A DNA stretch of 42,112 bases from an uncultured Thermoanaerobaculia bacterium. GTDB lineage: Bacteria; Acidobacteriota; Thermoanaerobaculia; Thermoanaerobaculales; Sulfomarinibacteraceae. The DNA lies in assembly GCA_965364305.1 (NCBI GenBank), contig CBDTWX010000001.1, positions 1 to 42,112 on the forward strand. The letters run 5' to 3'. The notes under the pieces were generated by a model. The model saw nothing but the letters and a program-made list of their open reading frames with translations. It made no database searches and was not told where the DNA came from. Positions 8,914 to 18,023 of this stretch are shown piece after piece (the first letter of the stretch is position 1; every line of letters starts with the position of its first letter). Both the position numbers and the translations under genes were made by a program.

Positions 8914-8939
8914 GAGGGTGCTCCTCTTCTCCCCTGCTC

Positions 8940-9332
8940 CTAATCCGCTGGGTCTTCCAGCCACTCGGTCTGGTAGTCTTCGGTGCGCGGGACCACACAG
9001 ACGAAACGCGCAACCTCGGCACCCCTGTTTTCGTACCAGTGGCCGACCCCGGCCGGAATGAAGACGCTGTCGCCGGGCCCGACATCGACCTCGCGCGAAT
9101 CGAGACCGATGACCATCCTCCCCTCGAGGACGAGCTGCTCGTGCTCGATGGAGTCGTGGCGGTGTCGGGGAATTCGCCCCCCGGGTTGGACCGCGAACTG
9201 TCGGGTGACAAAGTTTGGAACGCCGCTCTCCGGTCCCAACAAAACCTTCATGGTGGTTCCACGGCAGCGTGGTACGTCGATGGCTTCGATGGCTTCCTGG
9301 GCGCGGACCACAGCGATGGGTGCGTGGCTCAT
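8940..9332 (-). CDS. Cupin domain protein
   Basis: The ORF track opens at 9758, but the upstream 142 codons are Arg/Ser/Pro-rich shadow antisense to recN. ATG 9332 gives a 130-aa protein, MSHAPIAV...GGRIPRHRHDSIEHEQLVLEGRMVIGLD...GDSVFIPAGVGHWYEN (two cupin motifs). Confidence 0.75.
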   Translation of the reverse strand: MSHAPIAVVRAQEAIEAIDVPRCRGTTMKVLLGPESGVPNFVTRQFAVQPGGRIPRHRHDSIEHEQLVLEGRMVIGLDSREVDVGPGDSVFIPAGVGHWYENRGAEVARFVCVVPRTEDYQTEWLEDPAD

Positions 9333-9435
9333 GATCTGCCTCCGGTCCCAGTGATTGTATCGTGGCCGGCTGACAACGGAGCGTATCCCTGTGGCCGGTG
9401 GACCACGGGGCCGGTCCGGGCTAGGATGATCTGCA

Positions 9436-11139
9436 ATGCTCGAGCGGCTCTCCGTTCGCGGTCTCGGCATCATTGACGCCGTGGAGCTCGATTTCGCCGC
9501 GGGCTTTGCCGCCCTGACTGGAGAAACCGGGGCCGGCAAGTCGCTCCTCGTCGAATCCCTCAAGCTTCTCGGCGGCCAGCGTGCCCAGTCGGACATGGTC
9601 CGTTCGGGGGACGACCGTCTGCAGGTCGAGGGAGTTTTTTCCCTCGCATCCGGGAGCGAGATCGACGCGATCCTCGATGACCTCGGGATCGCCGATCGCG
9701 AATCGGTGATCCTGCGTCGCGAGGTGACCGCGACCGGGAGAAGCCGTTGTTGGATCAACGACTCGCCGGTGACGGCGGGCGCGCTGCAGCGTCTGGCTCC
9801 CCACCTCCTCGCGATCCATGGACAGCACGAGCAGTACGGTCTCGCGGACCCGGCCGCACAGCGCCGGTTGGTGGACGATTTCGGTGGCCATGAGGAACTG
9901 CTCGATCAGGTTCGGAGGCGGTACGCCGCATGGCATGAGGCCGCGGCGGAGCTCGATCGGTTGCGGGCCGCCCGGATGACTCGTCGCGACCGCCTCGACA
10001 CGATCTCCTTCCAATTGAATGAGATTGAAAGTGTGGACCCGGGTGAGAACGAGGATGTCGATCTCCGGAAGCGGCGCCTCGTGCTCCGTCACTCCGCCCG
10101 TCTCGCGGAGCTTTCGACGTCGCTCATCGAAAGATTGTCGGATGGCGAGACCGCAGTGGTGGACGGTCTCGCGCAGGCCGAGCGTGAGCTCGGGCAGATC
10201 GCCGACTGTGGACTTCCCCAGGATGACGCGATTCAGCGCCTCACCGAGGCACGACTCCACGTCGAGGAGGTGGTCCTCGAGATCCGGGGTCTGGTGGACC
10301 AGTCGGCCGGCGACCCGGGCGAGCTCGAGGCTCTCGAGTCCCGGCTCCACACCCTGGACCAACTGATGCTCAAATATGGCGCGACAATTCGCGATGTGCG
10401 CGCCCACCGTGACGCTCTTGTCGAGGAGCGCCGTGAAATGGAGTCGGTGGAGGAGCGCCTGGAAGACGCCGAGGATGCCGCCAGACGTTTGTTGACGGAG
10501 TTCGATGATAGCGCCCGTGCCCTCGACGATGCGAGGAAGAAGGCCGGTTCGGAATTCGCTTCGGAGGTCGAGGAGGTGCTGACCCGCCTCGCCATGGCGG
10601 ACACCCGCCTCGAATTCTCCTGGCAGCCTCGGGTCGATGCAACGAGCCCGCTCGTGAGAAGCGGTCAGCCGGTGGCGTTTGATTCCGAAGGGGTCGAGGA
10701 CTGTGTCCTTCTCATTGCTGCCAACCCGGGTGAAGATCTGCGCCCGATGGCTCGCATCGCCTCCGGCGGCGAGCTCTCCCGAGTCCACCTCGCCCTTCGA
10801 ACGGTCCTCCGCGGCAGGCGGTCGACCGACGGACTCACCCTCCTCTTCGACGAGGTCGATTCCGGTCTCGGCGGCGCCACCGCAGCTGCCCTGGCCGCCC
10901 TGTTGGCCGATCTCTCCGTGGTCGACCAGGTTCTCGTCGTGACCCACCTGCCGCAGGTAGCGGCGCGCGCTGACGGCCATTTTCGGGTGGAAAAAGTCAT
11001 CGATCGGGGGCGGGCGACAACCCGAGTCGGTTCACTCGATGACTCACAACGCGAGACCGAGGTGGCGAGAATGTTGGCCGGCGGCGAACTCACCTCGTCG
11101 GCCCGAGACCACGCTCGTGTGTTGCTGGACGGCGCGTGA
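9436..11139 (+). CDS. recN: DNA repair protein RecN
   Basis: 567 aa with Walker A LTGETGAGKS, a long coiled coil, signature ASGGELSRV and Walker B LLFDEVDSGLGG. Confidence 0.95.
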   Translation: MLERLSVRGLGIIDAVELDFAAGFAALTGETGAGKSLLVESLKLLGGQRAQSDMVRSGDDRLQVEGVFSLASGSEIDAILDDLGIADRESVILRREVTATGRSRCWINDSPVTAGALQRLAPHLLAIHGQHEQYGLADPAAQRRLVDDFGGHEELLDQVRRRYAAWHEAAAELDRLRAARMTRRDRLDTISFQLNEIESVDPGENEDVDLRKRRLVLRHSARLAELSTSLIERLSDGETAVVDGLAQAERELGQIADCGLPQDDAIQRLTEARLHVEEVVLEIRGLVDQSAGDPGELEALESRLHTLDQLMLKYGATIRDVRAHRDALVEERREMESVEERLEDAEDAARRLLTEFDDSARALDDARKKAGSEFASEVEEVLTRLAMADTRLEFSWQPRVDATSPLVRSGQPVAFDSEGVEDCVLLIAANPGEDLRPMARIASGGELSRVHLALRTVLRGRRSTDGLTLLFDEVDSGLGGATAAALAALLADLSVVDQVLVVTHLPQVAARADGHFRVEKVIDRGRATTRVGSLDDSQRETEVARMLAGGELTSSARDHARVLLDGA

Positions 11140-11747
11140 GAAGAATCGCGTTTACCGAGCCGGGGGAGATCATTGAAGCCTCCCAGGACGCGGCCCGGGT
11201 AATCGACGCCGGTGGTGTTCTTCTGCTGCCGACGGAGAGCTTCTACGGGCTCGGCACCGATCCCCGCCGGGCGGATGGGGTGACCAGGATCTGCGCGCTG
11301 AAAAATCGTCCGCTCGATCATGGTCTTCCGGTGCTGTGTGCCGACTGGCAGCAGGTGGAATCGCTGGTCGTCGTGGATGAGAGACACCGGGTCAGGCTGT
11401 CGCGTATGTGGCCGGCGGCCCTGACCGTGGTGTTGCCGACGAGGACTTTTCTCCCCGCCGGACGAGTGGGAACCCTGGCAGTTCGAATTCCGGCTCACGA
11501 TGCCCTTCGCGCCCTCCTTTACCGGGTGGGACCCCTCACAGCCACCTCCGCCAACCGCCATGGCGAACCGCCGTCCACCTCCGTGGACCAGGCTTTGGGG
11601 TCCCTTTGCGGGACGCCCGACCTGGTACTCGACGCGGGTCGTACCGGAGGCGGTCGGCCGAGCACGCTGGTCGACCTGAGCGGTGACGACGCCATCATTC
11701 TGCGACCCGGTTCGTGCGACTGGAACGATCCGACTCGGGAGATCTGA
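11136..11747 (+). CDS. tsaC: L-threonylcarbamoyladenylate synthase (YrdC/TsaC/Sua5-domain)
   Basis: 203 aa with LLLPTESFYGLGTDP, LTVVLP and TSANRHGEPP motifs of the YrdC fold. It overlaps recN by 4 nt. Confidence 0.8.
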   Translation: MRRIAFTEPGEIIEASQDAARVIDAGGVLLLPTESFYGLGTDPRRADGVTRICALKNRPLDHGLPVLCADWQQVESLVVVDERHRVRLSRMWPAALTVVLPTRTFLPAGRVGTLAVRIPAHDALRALLYRVGPLTATSANRHGEPPSTSVDQALGSLCGTPDLVLDAGRTGGGRPSTLVDLSGDDAIILRPGSCDWNDPTREI

Positions 11748-11797
11748 AATGGCGTCATCAGGAAGCGTTCGCAGCTCGCGGCGGGGTGCGGAAAATA

Positions 11798-11819
11798 CTG
11801 TGGAAAAACCTGTGGAAAA
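11798..11819. repeat. Direct repeat CTGTGGAAAA(A)-N1-2-CTGTGGAAAA, 12-nt phase
   Basis: Read directly (ctgtggaaaaacctgtggaaaac). It lies at the start of an AT-rich 362-bp spacer between tsaC and hisS. Confidence 0.85.
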
Positions 11820-12109
11820 CTCGTTAAGCCAATGTAAAACCAAATACTTCGAGCCATCACGACCCTTTCGAGCCGTAATTCGTAAGTTGTTATGAATCAA
11901 TCACTTCCTTGGATGTCTTTGTTTTTGAGTCCGTTGCCGAACAGCAGATTATTCTCAAGATCCACAAGCCCCTGATTTTCGGGCGCTTGTGGCGCGTGAA
12001 CGGGCGGGTTCCGTTGGCGCTCCAAGAGGGCGTGTGGTAGCGTTCATTTTCCGCTGGCGGCGGCAGAGAATTCGAGTCCGACCGAAATGGAAAGGGAGCG
12101 AGGATTTCG

Positions 12110-13381
12110 ATGATCCGCAAGGTAAAGGGAACGCGCGACATCTTGGCTCCCGACTCGCGTCTGTGGATCGAGGTCGAGGCGACCGCACACCGCGTTTTCG
12201 GCGGTTTTGGCTACGAGGAGATCCGGCTGCCGTTGCTGGAACCGACCGAGCTCTTTGTACGGTCGGTGGGTGAGGACACCGATATCGTGAGCAAAGAGAT
12301 GTACACATTTTCCGACCGCAAGGGGCGCTCGCTCACCCTGCGCCCGGAAGGGACCGCCGGCGTCGCTCGCGCCTACATCGAAAACGGACTCGGACAGCGG
12401 CCGCAGCCGCTGAGGCTGAGCTACCTTGGCCCGATGTTTCGCTACGAGAAGATGCAGAGAGGGCGATATCGGCAGTTTGCCCAGATCGGCATCGAGATTC
12501 TGGGAGCAGCCGCTCCGCAGGCAGATGTCGAGGTTCTCTTGGCTCTCCATACTTTTCTCGCGGCGCTCGGGTTCGATGACCTGATCATCCTGCTCAACAA
12601 CCTCGGCGACCCCGAAGATCGGCCGCGATTCATCGAGGGGCTCAAAAAGGAGCTGTCGCCCCATCGCGAAAAGCTGTGCTCGGATTGTCAGCGTCGGTGG
12701 GACGCCAACCCCTTGCGGATCCTCGACTGCAAGGTGCCGAACTGTCGCGAGCTGGTCGCAGAGACAACACCGGTAGCCGAGGTGGTGAGCGACGAGGCGC
12801 GGCGCCATGTCGAGGACGTCGACGAAGGGCTCGCCGCTCTCGGAATCACCGTGCGCAGGGCGCCGAGGCTGGTGCGCGGTCTCGACTACTACCTGCGGAC
12901 CGTCTTCGAGGTGGTGTCCCCGGAGCTTGGTGAGGGTACCGTGATCTGCGGTGGCGGGCGCTACGATCGGTTGATCTCGGATCTCGGAGGGTCACGGGTC
13001 CCGGGCACCGGCTTTGCAATTGGTGAGGATCGGCTGGTCGAGGTGCTCCCCGATTCGTTCCGTCGCCGAGTTCTCGACCGCCCGGTGGTGGCGGTGCTGC
13101 CGGTTGGCGCCGAGGCCGCGGCAACGGCCCTGGGAATCACCCGCGATCTTGCTGCGAAAGGCATCATCGCCCCCGCCGAGGTCACCGGAAGGTCACTCAA
13201 AGCGGGGCTGAAGTGGGCTGGGAAGATCGGTGCACAGGCCGCAGTGATCATCGGCGGGGACGAGCTGGCGGCAGCTTCGGCGATCGTTCGTGATCTCGTG
13301 CGGAGCGAGCAGCAGGCGGTAGCGATAGAGCAGATCCCGGAGGTCGTGGCCGCGTTGTTGCGGGAATCAAGAAACGGCTGA
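12110..13381 (+). CDS. hisS: Histidine--tRNA ligase
   Basis: 423 aa with KGTRDILAPD, LRPEGTAGVARAY, MFRYEKMQRGRYRQFAQIG and GGGRYD motifs of class IIa HisRS. Confidence 0.95.
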   Translation: MIRKVKGTRDILAPDSRLWIEVEATAHRVFGGFGYEEIRLPLLEPTELFVRSVGEDTDIVSKEMYTFSDRKGRSLTLRPEGTAGVARAYIENGLGQRPQPLRLSYLGPMFRYEKMQRGRYRQFAQIGIEILGAAAPQADVEVLLALHTFLAALGFDDLIILLNNLGDPEDRPRFIEGLKKELSPHREKLCSDCQRRWDANPLRILDCKVPNCRELVAETTPVAEVVSDEARRHVEDVDEGLAALGITVRRAPRLVRGLDYYLRTVFEVVSPELGEGTVICGGGRYDRLISDLGGSRVPGTGFAIGEDRLVEVLPDSFRRRVLDRPVVAVLPVGAEAAATALGITRDLAAKGIIAPAEVTGRSLKAGLKWAGKIGAQAAVIIGGDELAAASAIVRDLVRSEQQAVAIEQIPEVVAALLRESRNG

Positions 13382-13416
13382 GAAACCCCGAGGTGCGGGA
13401 AAGGGCGGAGCGGTAC

Positions 13417-15174
13417 ATGGCGACGAACGCGTGGGACAGACCGTGGTGTGCATCCCTCGATATGAAGCGGGTTGGCGAGCGGGTTGAAGTAGTGGGTTGG
13501 GTGCGCCGGCGTCGCGACCTCGGCGGCCTGGTATTTGTCGATCTTCGAGACCGCAGCGGTTTGCTGCAACTCGTCTTCGAGGAGCGGATGGTGGCGGATG
13601 GGGAGGGCCTTTCGACCGAGGACGTGGTGCGGGTCTGCGGTACAGTGCGTGAACGTGCGGACGGTCAGGCCAACCCGGAACTGGCGAGCGGCGAGGTCGA
13701 GGTCAGGGTGGATGAGCTCGAGATTTTGTCACATGCCGAGACACCGCCCTTCGTGGTCGAAGACCGGGTCAACGCCTCCGAAGAGCTGCGGTTGACCCAT
13801 CGCTATCTGGATCTCAGACGGCCCGAGATGACTGCCAACCTGGTTCTTCGCCATCAGGTGGTTGCAGCGACACGACAATACTTCGACGAGATGGAATTCG
13901 TCGAGGTGGAGACACCGATCCTCACCCGTTCGACCCCGGAAGGTGCGCGGGACTTTCTGGTTCCTTCGCGGATCCACAAGGCGTCTTTTTACGCGCTGCC
14001 GCAGTCGCCGCAGCTGTTCAAACAACTCCTCCAGGTCGCGGGTCTCGGCCGATATGTCCAGGTGTCGCGGTGCTTTCGAGACGAGGACCTTCGCGCCGAT
14101 CGTCAGCCCGAGTTCACCCAGGTGGACGTTGAGGCCTCCTTTGTCAGCGAGGAGGACATCTATCGCCTGGTCGAGGGACTGTTCGCCCGAATCTTCCCGG
14201 TCGTCGGCATTGAACCGCCGGCCGAGTTCCCTCGCCTCGCCTACGCTGAGGCAATGGAACGGTATGGCTCCGACCGACCCGATACGCGTTTCGCACTCGA
14301 GCTCCTAGAGCTCGCACACCTGTGCGAGGGATGTGGTTTCAGGGTCCTCGAGACGGCGGCGGCCGATGGGCGGGTCAAGGGGCTGGTTCTACCGGGTGGT
14401 GCCGAGCTGTCCAGAAAGCAGCTTGACGCTCTCTCGGATTTTGTCAAACCATACGGAGCGGCCGGCGTCTTATGGTTCAAGCGGACTGCCGACGGGGTCG
14501 CGTCGCCGGCGAAAAAGGCACTCGGCGACGATGGTGTGCTGCGTTTTCTCGACGCAGTGAATGCGGCCCCCGACGACCTGTTGCTTGCGGTGGGCGGAAC
14601 CGAGAGCATCGTGTTTGCGGCACTGGGCGCGCTCCGCGTGCACCTGGCGCGGGAGCGCGGTTTGGTCCCCGAGGGGCATCACGAATTCCTCTGGGTGACC
14701 GATTTTCCGCTCCTCGAGTGGGATTCCGACGACGAACGGTACTACGCCATGCATCACCCCTTCACCTCGCCGCGCCCTGAAGACACGCCGCTCCTAAACA
14801 GCGATCCGTCCTCGGCGAGGGCGCGCGCCTACGACGTGGTCATGGATGGGGTAGAGCTCGGCGGTGGGTCGATCAGAATCCACGATCCGGCCATCCAGCG
14901 TCAGATGTTCGCCGTTTTGGGAATCGACGACGAGGAGGCGCAGGCGCGCTTTGGATTTCTCCTCGAAGCATTCCGCTACGGGGTGCCTCCGCACGGCGGA
15001 ATTGCCCTGGGGCTCGACCGTCTGGTGATGCTGATGGCGGGGCGCGACTCGATCCGCGATGTGATCGCATTCCCCAAGACGACGTCTGCGACCTGCCTCA
15101 TGACCAGGGCGCCGTCGGCCGTTGATGCCCGCCAGCTCGATGATCTCGGGCTCAGAACGCGAGACGAGCGGTAG
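13417..15174 (+). CDS. aspS: Aspartate--tRNA ligase
   Basis: Has an OB-fold N-terminus. Motifs are FRDEDLRADRQPEFTQVD, GGGSIRIH and PPHGGIALGLDR. The ORF track opens at GTG 13393. I prefer ATG 13417; the start is uncertain. Confidence 0.93.
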   Translation: MATNAWDRPWCASLDMKRVGERVEVVGWVRRRRDLGGLVFVDLRDRSGLLQLVFEERMVADGEGLSTEDVVRVCGTVRERADGQANPELASGEVEVRVDELEILSHAETPPFVVEDRVNASEELRLTHRYLDLRRPEMTANLVLRHQVVAATRQYFDEMEFVEVETPILTRSTPEGARDFLVPSRIHKASFYALPQSPQLFKQLLQVAGLGRYVQVSRCFRDEDLRADRQPEFTQVDVEASFVSEEDIYRLVEGLFARIFPVVGIEPPAEFPRLAYAEAMERYGSDRPDTRFALELLELAHLCEGCGFRVLETAAADGRVKGLVLPGGAELSRKQLDALSDFVKPYGAAGVLWFKRTADGVASPAKKALGDDGVLRFLDAVNAAPDDLLLAVGGTESIVFAALGALRVHLARERGLVPEGHHEFLWVTDFPLLEWDSDDERYYAMHHPFTSPRPEDTPLLNSDPSSARARAYDVVMDGVELGGGSIRIHDPAIQRQMFAVLGIDDEEAQARFGFLLEAFRYGVPPHGGIALGLDRLVMLMAGRDSIRDVIAFPKTTSATCLMTRAPSAVDARQLDDLGLRTRDER

Positions 15175-15235
15175 ACCGCGCCAGCGTAGACTGGTTTCGG
15201 AGGCTTCGATCACGCTTCGAGACCGTTCCAACACC

Positions 15236-17563
15236 GTGCGGAGGTGGCTCCCGCTCCTCGCCGTGGCGGGAGTGGTCTTTCTCCTCCTGTGGCCGGTGGT
15301 GGTGGGCGACTACACATTTTTCTACCGTGACCTTTATCGCCAGCACATGGGCACGGCGAGGCTCCTTCGATCGGGGGAGCTGCCCTTCGGTCTGCTGTGG
15401 GACCCGCTGCTCAACGGCGGCCAGCCGTTGCTCGCCAACCCGAACCGCTTTCTCCTCTACCCATCGCGTCTGCTCTATCCGACACTGGCACCGCTGTCTG
15501 CCCTGAACTGGGAGATCACCCTTCACCTACTGCTTGGAGGACTCGGGGCGGCTTTCTTGTCGCGACGTCTCGGCGCCGGTGGCGCCGGCGTTGCGGTGGC
15601 TGGAATCGCCTACTCCACCGGTGGGCTTTCGATCTCCCTCACCAACCATCTCGGGCGCCTGCTCGCCTATCACTGGCTGCCGTGGATCGTGCTTGCCGCC
15701 TATGCGGTATGTGGCGAGGACGCCTCAAAGACCCGTCGCGGGCGGGCGGTGCTCCCGGTGCTGCTCGCGGTGCAGTGGCTGACGGGCGCCGCCGAGCTTG
15801 CCGCGATGGCCGCGCTGATGGTGGTCGTGGGAGCGATGACCTGGACGCCGAGTAACCAGCGTCATGTGCCTTTGGTGGCTTGGGCGGTAGCTCTGGTGGT
15901 TTTGGGAGTCGGTCTGGCGGCGGTGCAGGTGATTCCCTCGGCGGAGATGGTAATGCGCTCCGAGCGACCGCTTCAGGCCTCGACGGAAGCCTCGCTCGTG
16001 TGGTCCCTCAACCCGTTGCGCACACCGGAGTTGGTGGTTCCGGGTTTCTGCGGCCCGGTGGATGTTGCCGACTCGTCGTCGAGATACTGGGGTGCACGCC
16101 TGGTCGACTTTGGATTCCCCTACCTCTTGAGCCTCTATCTGGGGGCTTCGGTGATGCTGCTGGCGGTCATCGGATGGATTCATGCGAGAACTCACCCGCG
16201 ATGGAGATCTCTGCAGTGGTGGCTGGCAGGACTGGTTGCGGTCGGTCTCGTCGTCGCGTTCGGTCGTCATCTGCCCATTGTCGGCGGGTTGCTGGCGCAT
16301 CTGCCGGGCATCGATCTGCTGAGGTTCCCGGTCAAGGCTCTGTTGCTGACGGGTCTTCCGATTGCGCTGCTCGCCGGACGGGGCGCCGACTTTCTGCTGA
16401 GTGCGGATAGGGCCGAGCTCCAACGCATTTGGCGTATCGGCGCCGTCATCGCCGGTGTGACGCTGCTTCAGGCAGTTGTTGTTTGGTCTGGCCTGGCGAG
16501 GCCGCTGGCCGCATTGGTATTTGGAGAGGGCGCCCCCGCAATCGACGGTCTCTCGGTCTCCTTCGGGCACGCCGCGCTGGCGATTGCCGGCATTGCAGTG
16601 GTGGCCTTCGCCGGAGCCCATTTTTCGGTGGCGACTCGAGGCCTCCTGGTGACCGCGATCGTCGCAGTCGATCTTGTTGGAGCTGCGGAGCGGAGTCTCC
16701 TCATCGCTCCCCGGGAGGCGTTTTCTGAAACGCCGCCGATGGTCGAAACCGTTCGGCGTCTGGCCGGTGATGGACTCTTCGTTCGTGACCTCGATCCTGA
16801 AAACGTCTTCGTCCCGTTGCCTGTGGATCGCGCCTGGGCGTCGGCTGCCTGGTGGAACTCGGTGCTCGACGGCTCGCTGGCGGCCAACTGGGGCGTGCCG
16901 ATGGTCTACCATTCGGATGCCGAGGTCTTAGCCGGGAGGCGTGTGGCCGAGCTGTCTCGGACGGCTCGTCGGCTGGGTTGGCCCGAACGACTCAAGCTCT
17001 ATCGGGTCGCCGCGGTAGAGCTCGTCATGACCCCCGAACAACCTCCGCTCGAGGATTTCAGGGAGGTGGCAGCCGCGGTCGTTTCTCCGGAGCTGGTCTA
17101 CCGGCTGTACCGCGTGGCCGGTCGAGCCCCAGTGGTTCGTTGGGTGCCAAAGGAAAAGGAGGTGCAGTCGGGCGGAGCGGCGCTCGAGGCCCTGACTGTG
17201 GACGACTTCGATCCACTCGAGGAGGTGGTGAGGGAGGCCGGTGGAGACCGGACGCGCGTTGCACGACCTTCGTTGCTCCAGCCGACGGTGGTCCTGTGGA
17301 AAGGGGAGATCACCGCGCCCGCTCCCGGCCTGATCGTGGCGGCAATCCCCTGGCATCCGGATGTGCTGCTCGAGATCGACGGGACTCTGGTTGCCGCTGA
17401 GCGTCTGAACTACGCCTACACCGGAGCGCCAGTCGCCGAAGGAAGCCACCGTGTGAAGATCGTCTTTGCACCGCGAGCGGTGTTGTGGGGTGGAGTTGTC
17501 TCGGTGATCTCGCTAGTGGCGTTGTGTGTTCTCGGGGCAGTCCTGTTCAGTCGTCGAGTCTGA
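15236..17563 (+). CDS. YfhO-like polytopic membrane protein (GT-C-type glycosyltransferase-like)
   Basis: The ORF frame opens at 15122 inside aspS. GTG 15236 lies just after the aspS stop. The N-terminus, FFYRDLYRQHMGTARLLRSGELPFGLLWDPLLNGGQPLLANPNRFLLYP, matches my recollection of the YfhO family signature. There are at least 12 hydrophobic spans plus a C-terminal TM. Family assignment is from memory only. Confidence 0.6.
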   Translation: MRRWLPLLAVAGVVFLLLWPVVVGDYTFFYRDLYRQHMGTARLLRSGELPFGLLWDPLLNGGQPLLANPNRFLLYPSRLLYPTLAPLSALNWEITLHLLLGGLGAAFLSRRLGAGGAGVAVAGIAYSTGGLSISLTNHLGRLLAYHWLPWIVLAAYAVCGEDASKTRRGRAVLPVLLAVQWLTGAAELAAMAALMVVVGAMTWTPSNQRHVPLVAWAVALVVLGVGLAAVQVIPSAEMVMRSERPLQASTEASLVWSLNPLRTPELVVPGFCGPVDVADSSSRYWGARLVDFGFPYLLSLYLGASVMLLAVIGWIHARTHPRWRSLQWWLAGLVAVGLVVAFGRHLPIVGGLLAHLPGIDLLRFPVKALLLTGLPIALLAGRGADFLLSADRAELQRIWRIGAVIAGVTLLQAVVVWSGLARPLAALVFGEGAPAIDGLSVSFGHAALAIAGIAVVAFAGAHFSVATRGLLVTAIVAVDLVGAAERSLLIAPREAFSETPPMVETVRRLAGDGLFVRDLDPENVFVPLPVDRAWASAAWWNSVLDGSLAANWGVPMVYHSDAEVLAGRRVAELSRTARRLGWPERLKLYRVAAVELVMTPEQPPLEDFREVAAAVVSPELVYRLYRVAGRAPVVRWVPKEKEVQSGGAALEALTVDDFDPLEEVVREAGGDRTRVARPSLLQPTVVLWKGEITAPAPGLIVAAIPWHPDVLLEIDGTLVAAERLNYAYTGAPVAEGSHRVKIVFAPRAVLWGGVVSVISLVALCVLGAVLFSRRV

Positions 17564-17789
17564 GGTCGCCGCGTTCCGCATCCGCGAGGAGGCGCAACGC
17601 CTCGGGTGCGTGCTCGGCGGCGACGATGATCTCGACCTGGCCGAGTCCGTCAAGCGTCAGACCGTGAGTCTTGCGTAACGCTTCGCCACGGGTGACGGTC
17701 GGGATGCCGTGGGCCGCGAGAAACGACCGCACCTGCGTCTCCTCGAGTTCACCCTGCGCCGTGAAGACGACCACCGGTTCCTCGTTCAT
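17547..17789 (-). CDS. Small DUF2007-like (putative signal-transducing, PII-fold-like) protein
   Basis: About 80 aa, MNEEPVVVFTAQGELEETQVRSFLAAHGIPTVTRGE... ATG 17789 is preceded by GAGGTG; the ORF track uses GTG 17795. Its 3' end overlaps the convergent YfhO-like gene by 17 nt. The family call is tentative. Confidence 0.5.
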   Translation of the reverse strand: MNEEPVVVFTAQGELEETQVRSFLAAHGIPTVTRGEALRKTHGLTLDGLGQVEIIVAAEHAPEALRLLADAERGDLRLDD

Positions 17790-17792
17790 TGC

Positions 17793-17831
17793 CACCTCGT
17801 CCTGACGGTACCATACGCTCCGGGCGAGGTG
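17793..17831 (-). promoter_or_regulatory. Hairpin occluding the Shine-Dalgarno of the DUF2007-like gene
   Basis: CACCTCGTCC (17793-17802) pairs with GGGCGAGGTG (17822-17831), 9 of 10 positions, around a 19-nt loop. On the minus-strand RNA the 3' arm contains the GAGGUG SD of ATG 17789. Confidence 0.4.
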
Positions 17832-17858
17832 AACGCAGGCTGAGATGGTCCAACGGTT

Positions 17859-18023
17859 TCAGTGACGGGAACGGGAAGCAGCATCAGCCCACCCACCCGC
17901 AGAAAAACCGCAGATCACGCAGATAGAACCGACTACCCGTCCGACGAGATCAATTGCGGTTGCTGCAGCTTCAGTGGCCTTGTGGTAAGCGGTCAGGTTG
18001 CTGTTGGGGAGCACGTCGAGCAT
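17859..18023 (-). CDS. Hypothetical 54-aa small protein with a C-terminal hydrophobic helix and a basic tail
   Basis: ATG 18023 is preceded by GGAGGT at 4-5 nt spacing. The product is MLDVLPNSNLTAYHKATEAAATAIDLVGRVVGSICVICGFSAGGWADAASRSRH. In-frame upstream ATGs lie at 18044 (MNDPEVIM...), 18050 and 18056. The first 16 codons are GC3-rich like neighbouring genes and the rest less so. I recognise no family. Confidence 0.35.
   Translation of the reverse strand: MLDVLPNSNLTAYHKATEAAATAIDLVGRVVGSICVICGFSAGGWADAASRSRH

Noticed and set aside
9421-10980. Very long ORFs antisense to or out of frame with well-supported genes. Examples: 9421-10980 vs recN, 5301-6479 vs cyclase/rdgB, 15725-16912 vs the YfhO-like gene, 18619-19650 vs thrS, 21207-22286 vs pheS, 22283-23548 vs pheT, 24443-25810, 27096-28049 vs rny, 30045-30920 vs hutI, 34658-35743, 35170-36015, 37281-38303 vs trxB, and 39516-40862.
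   Set aside because: Their translations are Arg/Pro/Gly/Ser-rich low-complexity sequence with no recognisable motifs. Each lies opposite a gene with clear family signatures. Such shadow ORFs are expected in high-GC DNA because stop codons are rare.
12040-12100. Possible tRNA or tRNA-like element upstream of hisS, suggested by TTCGAGTCC (12071-12079).
   Set aside because: I could not build a T stem, anticodon arm or acceptor stem around it, so the T-loop-like word is probably fortuitous.
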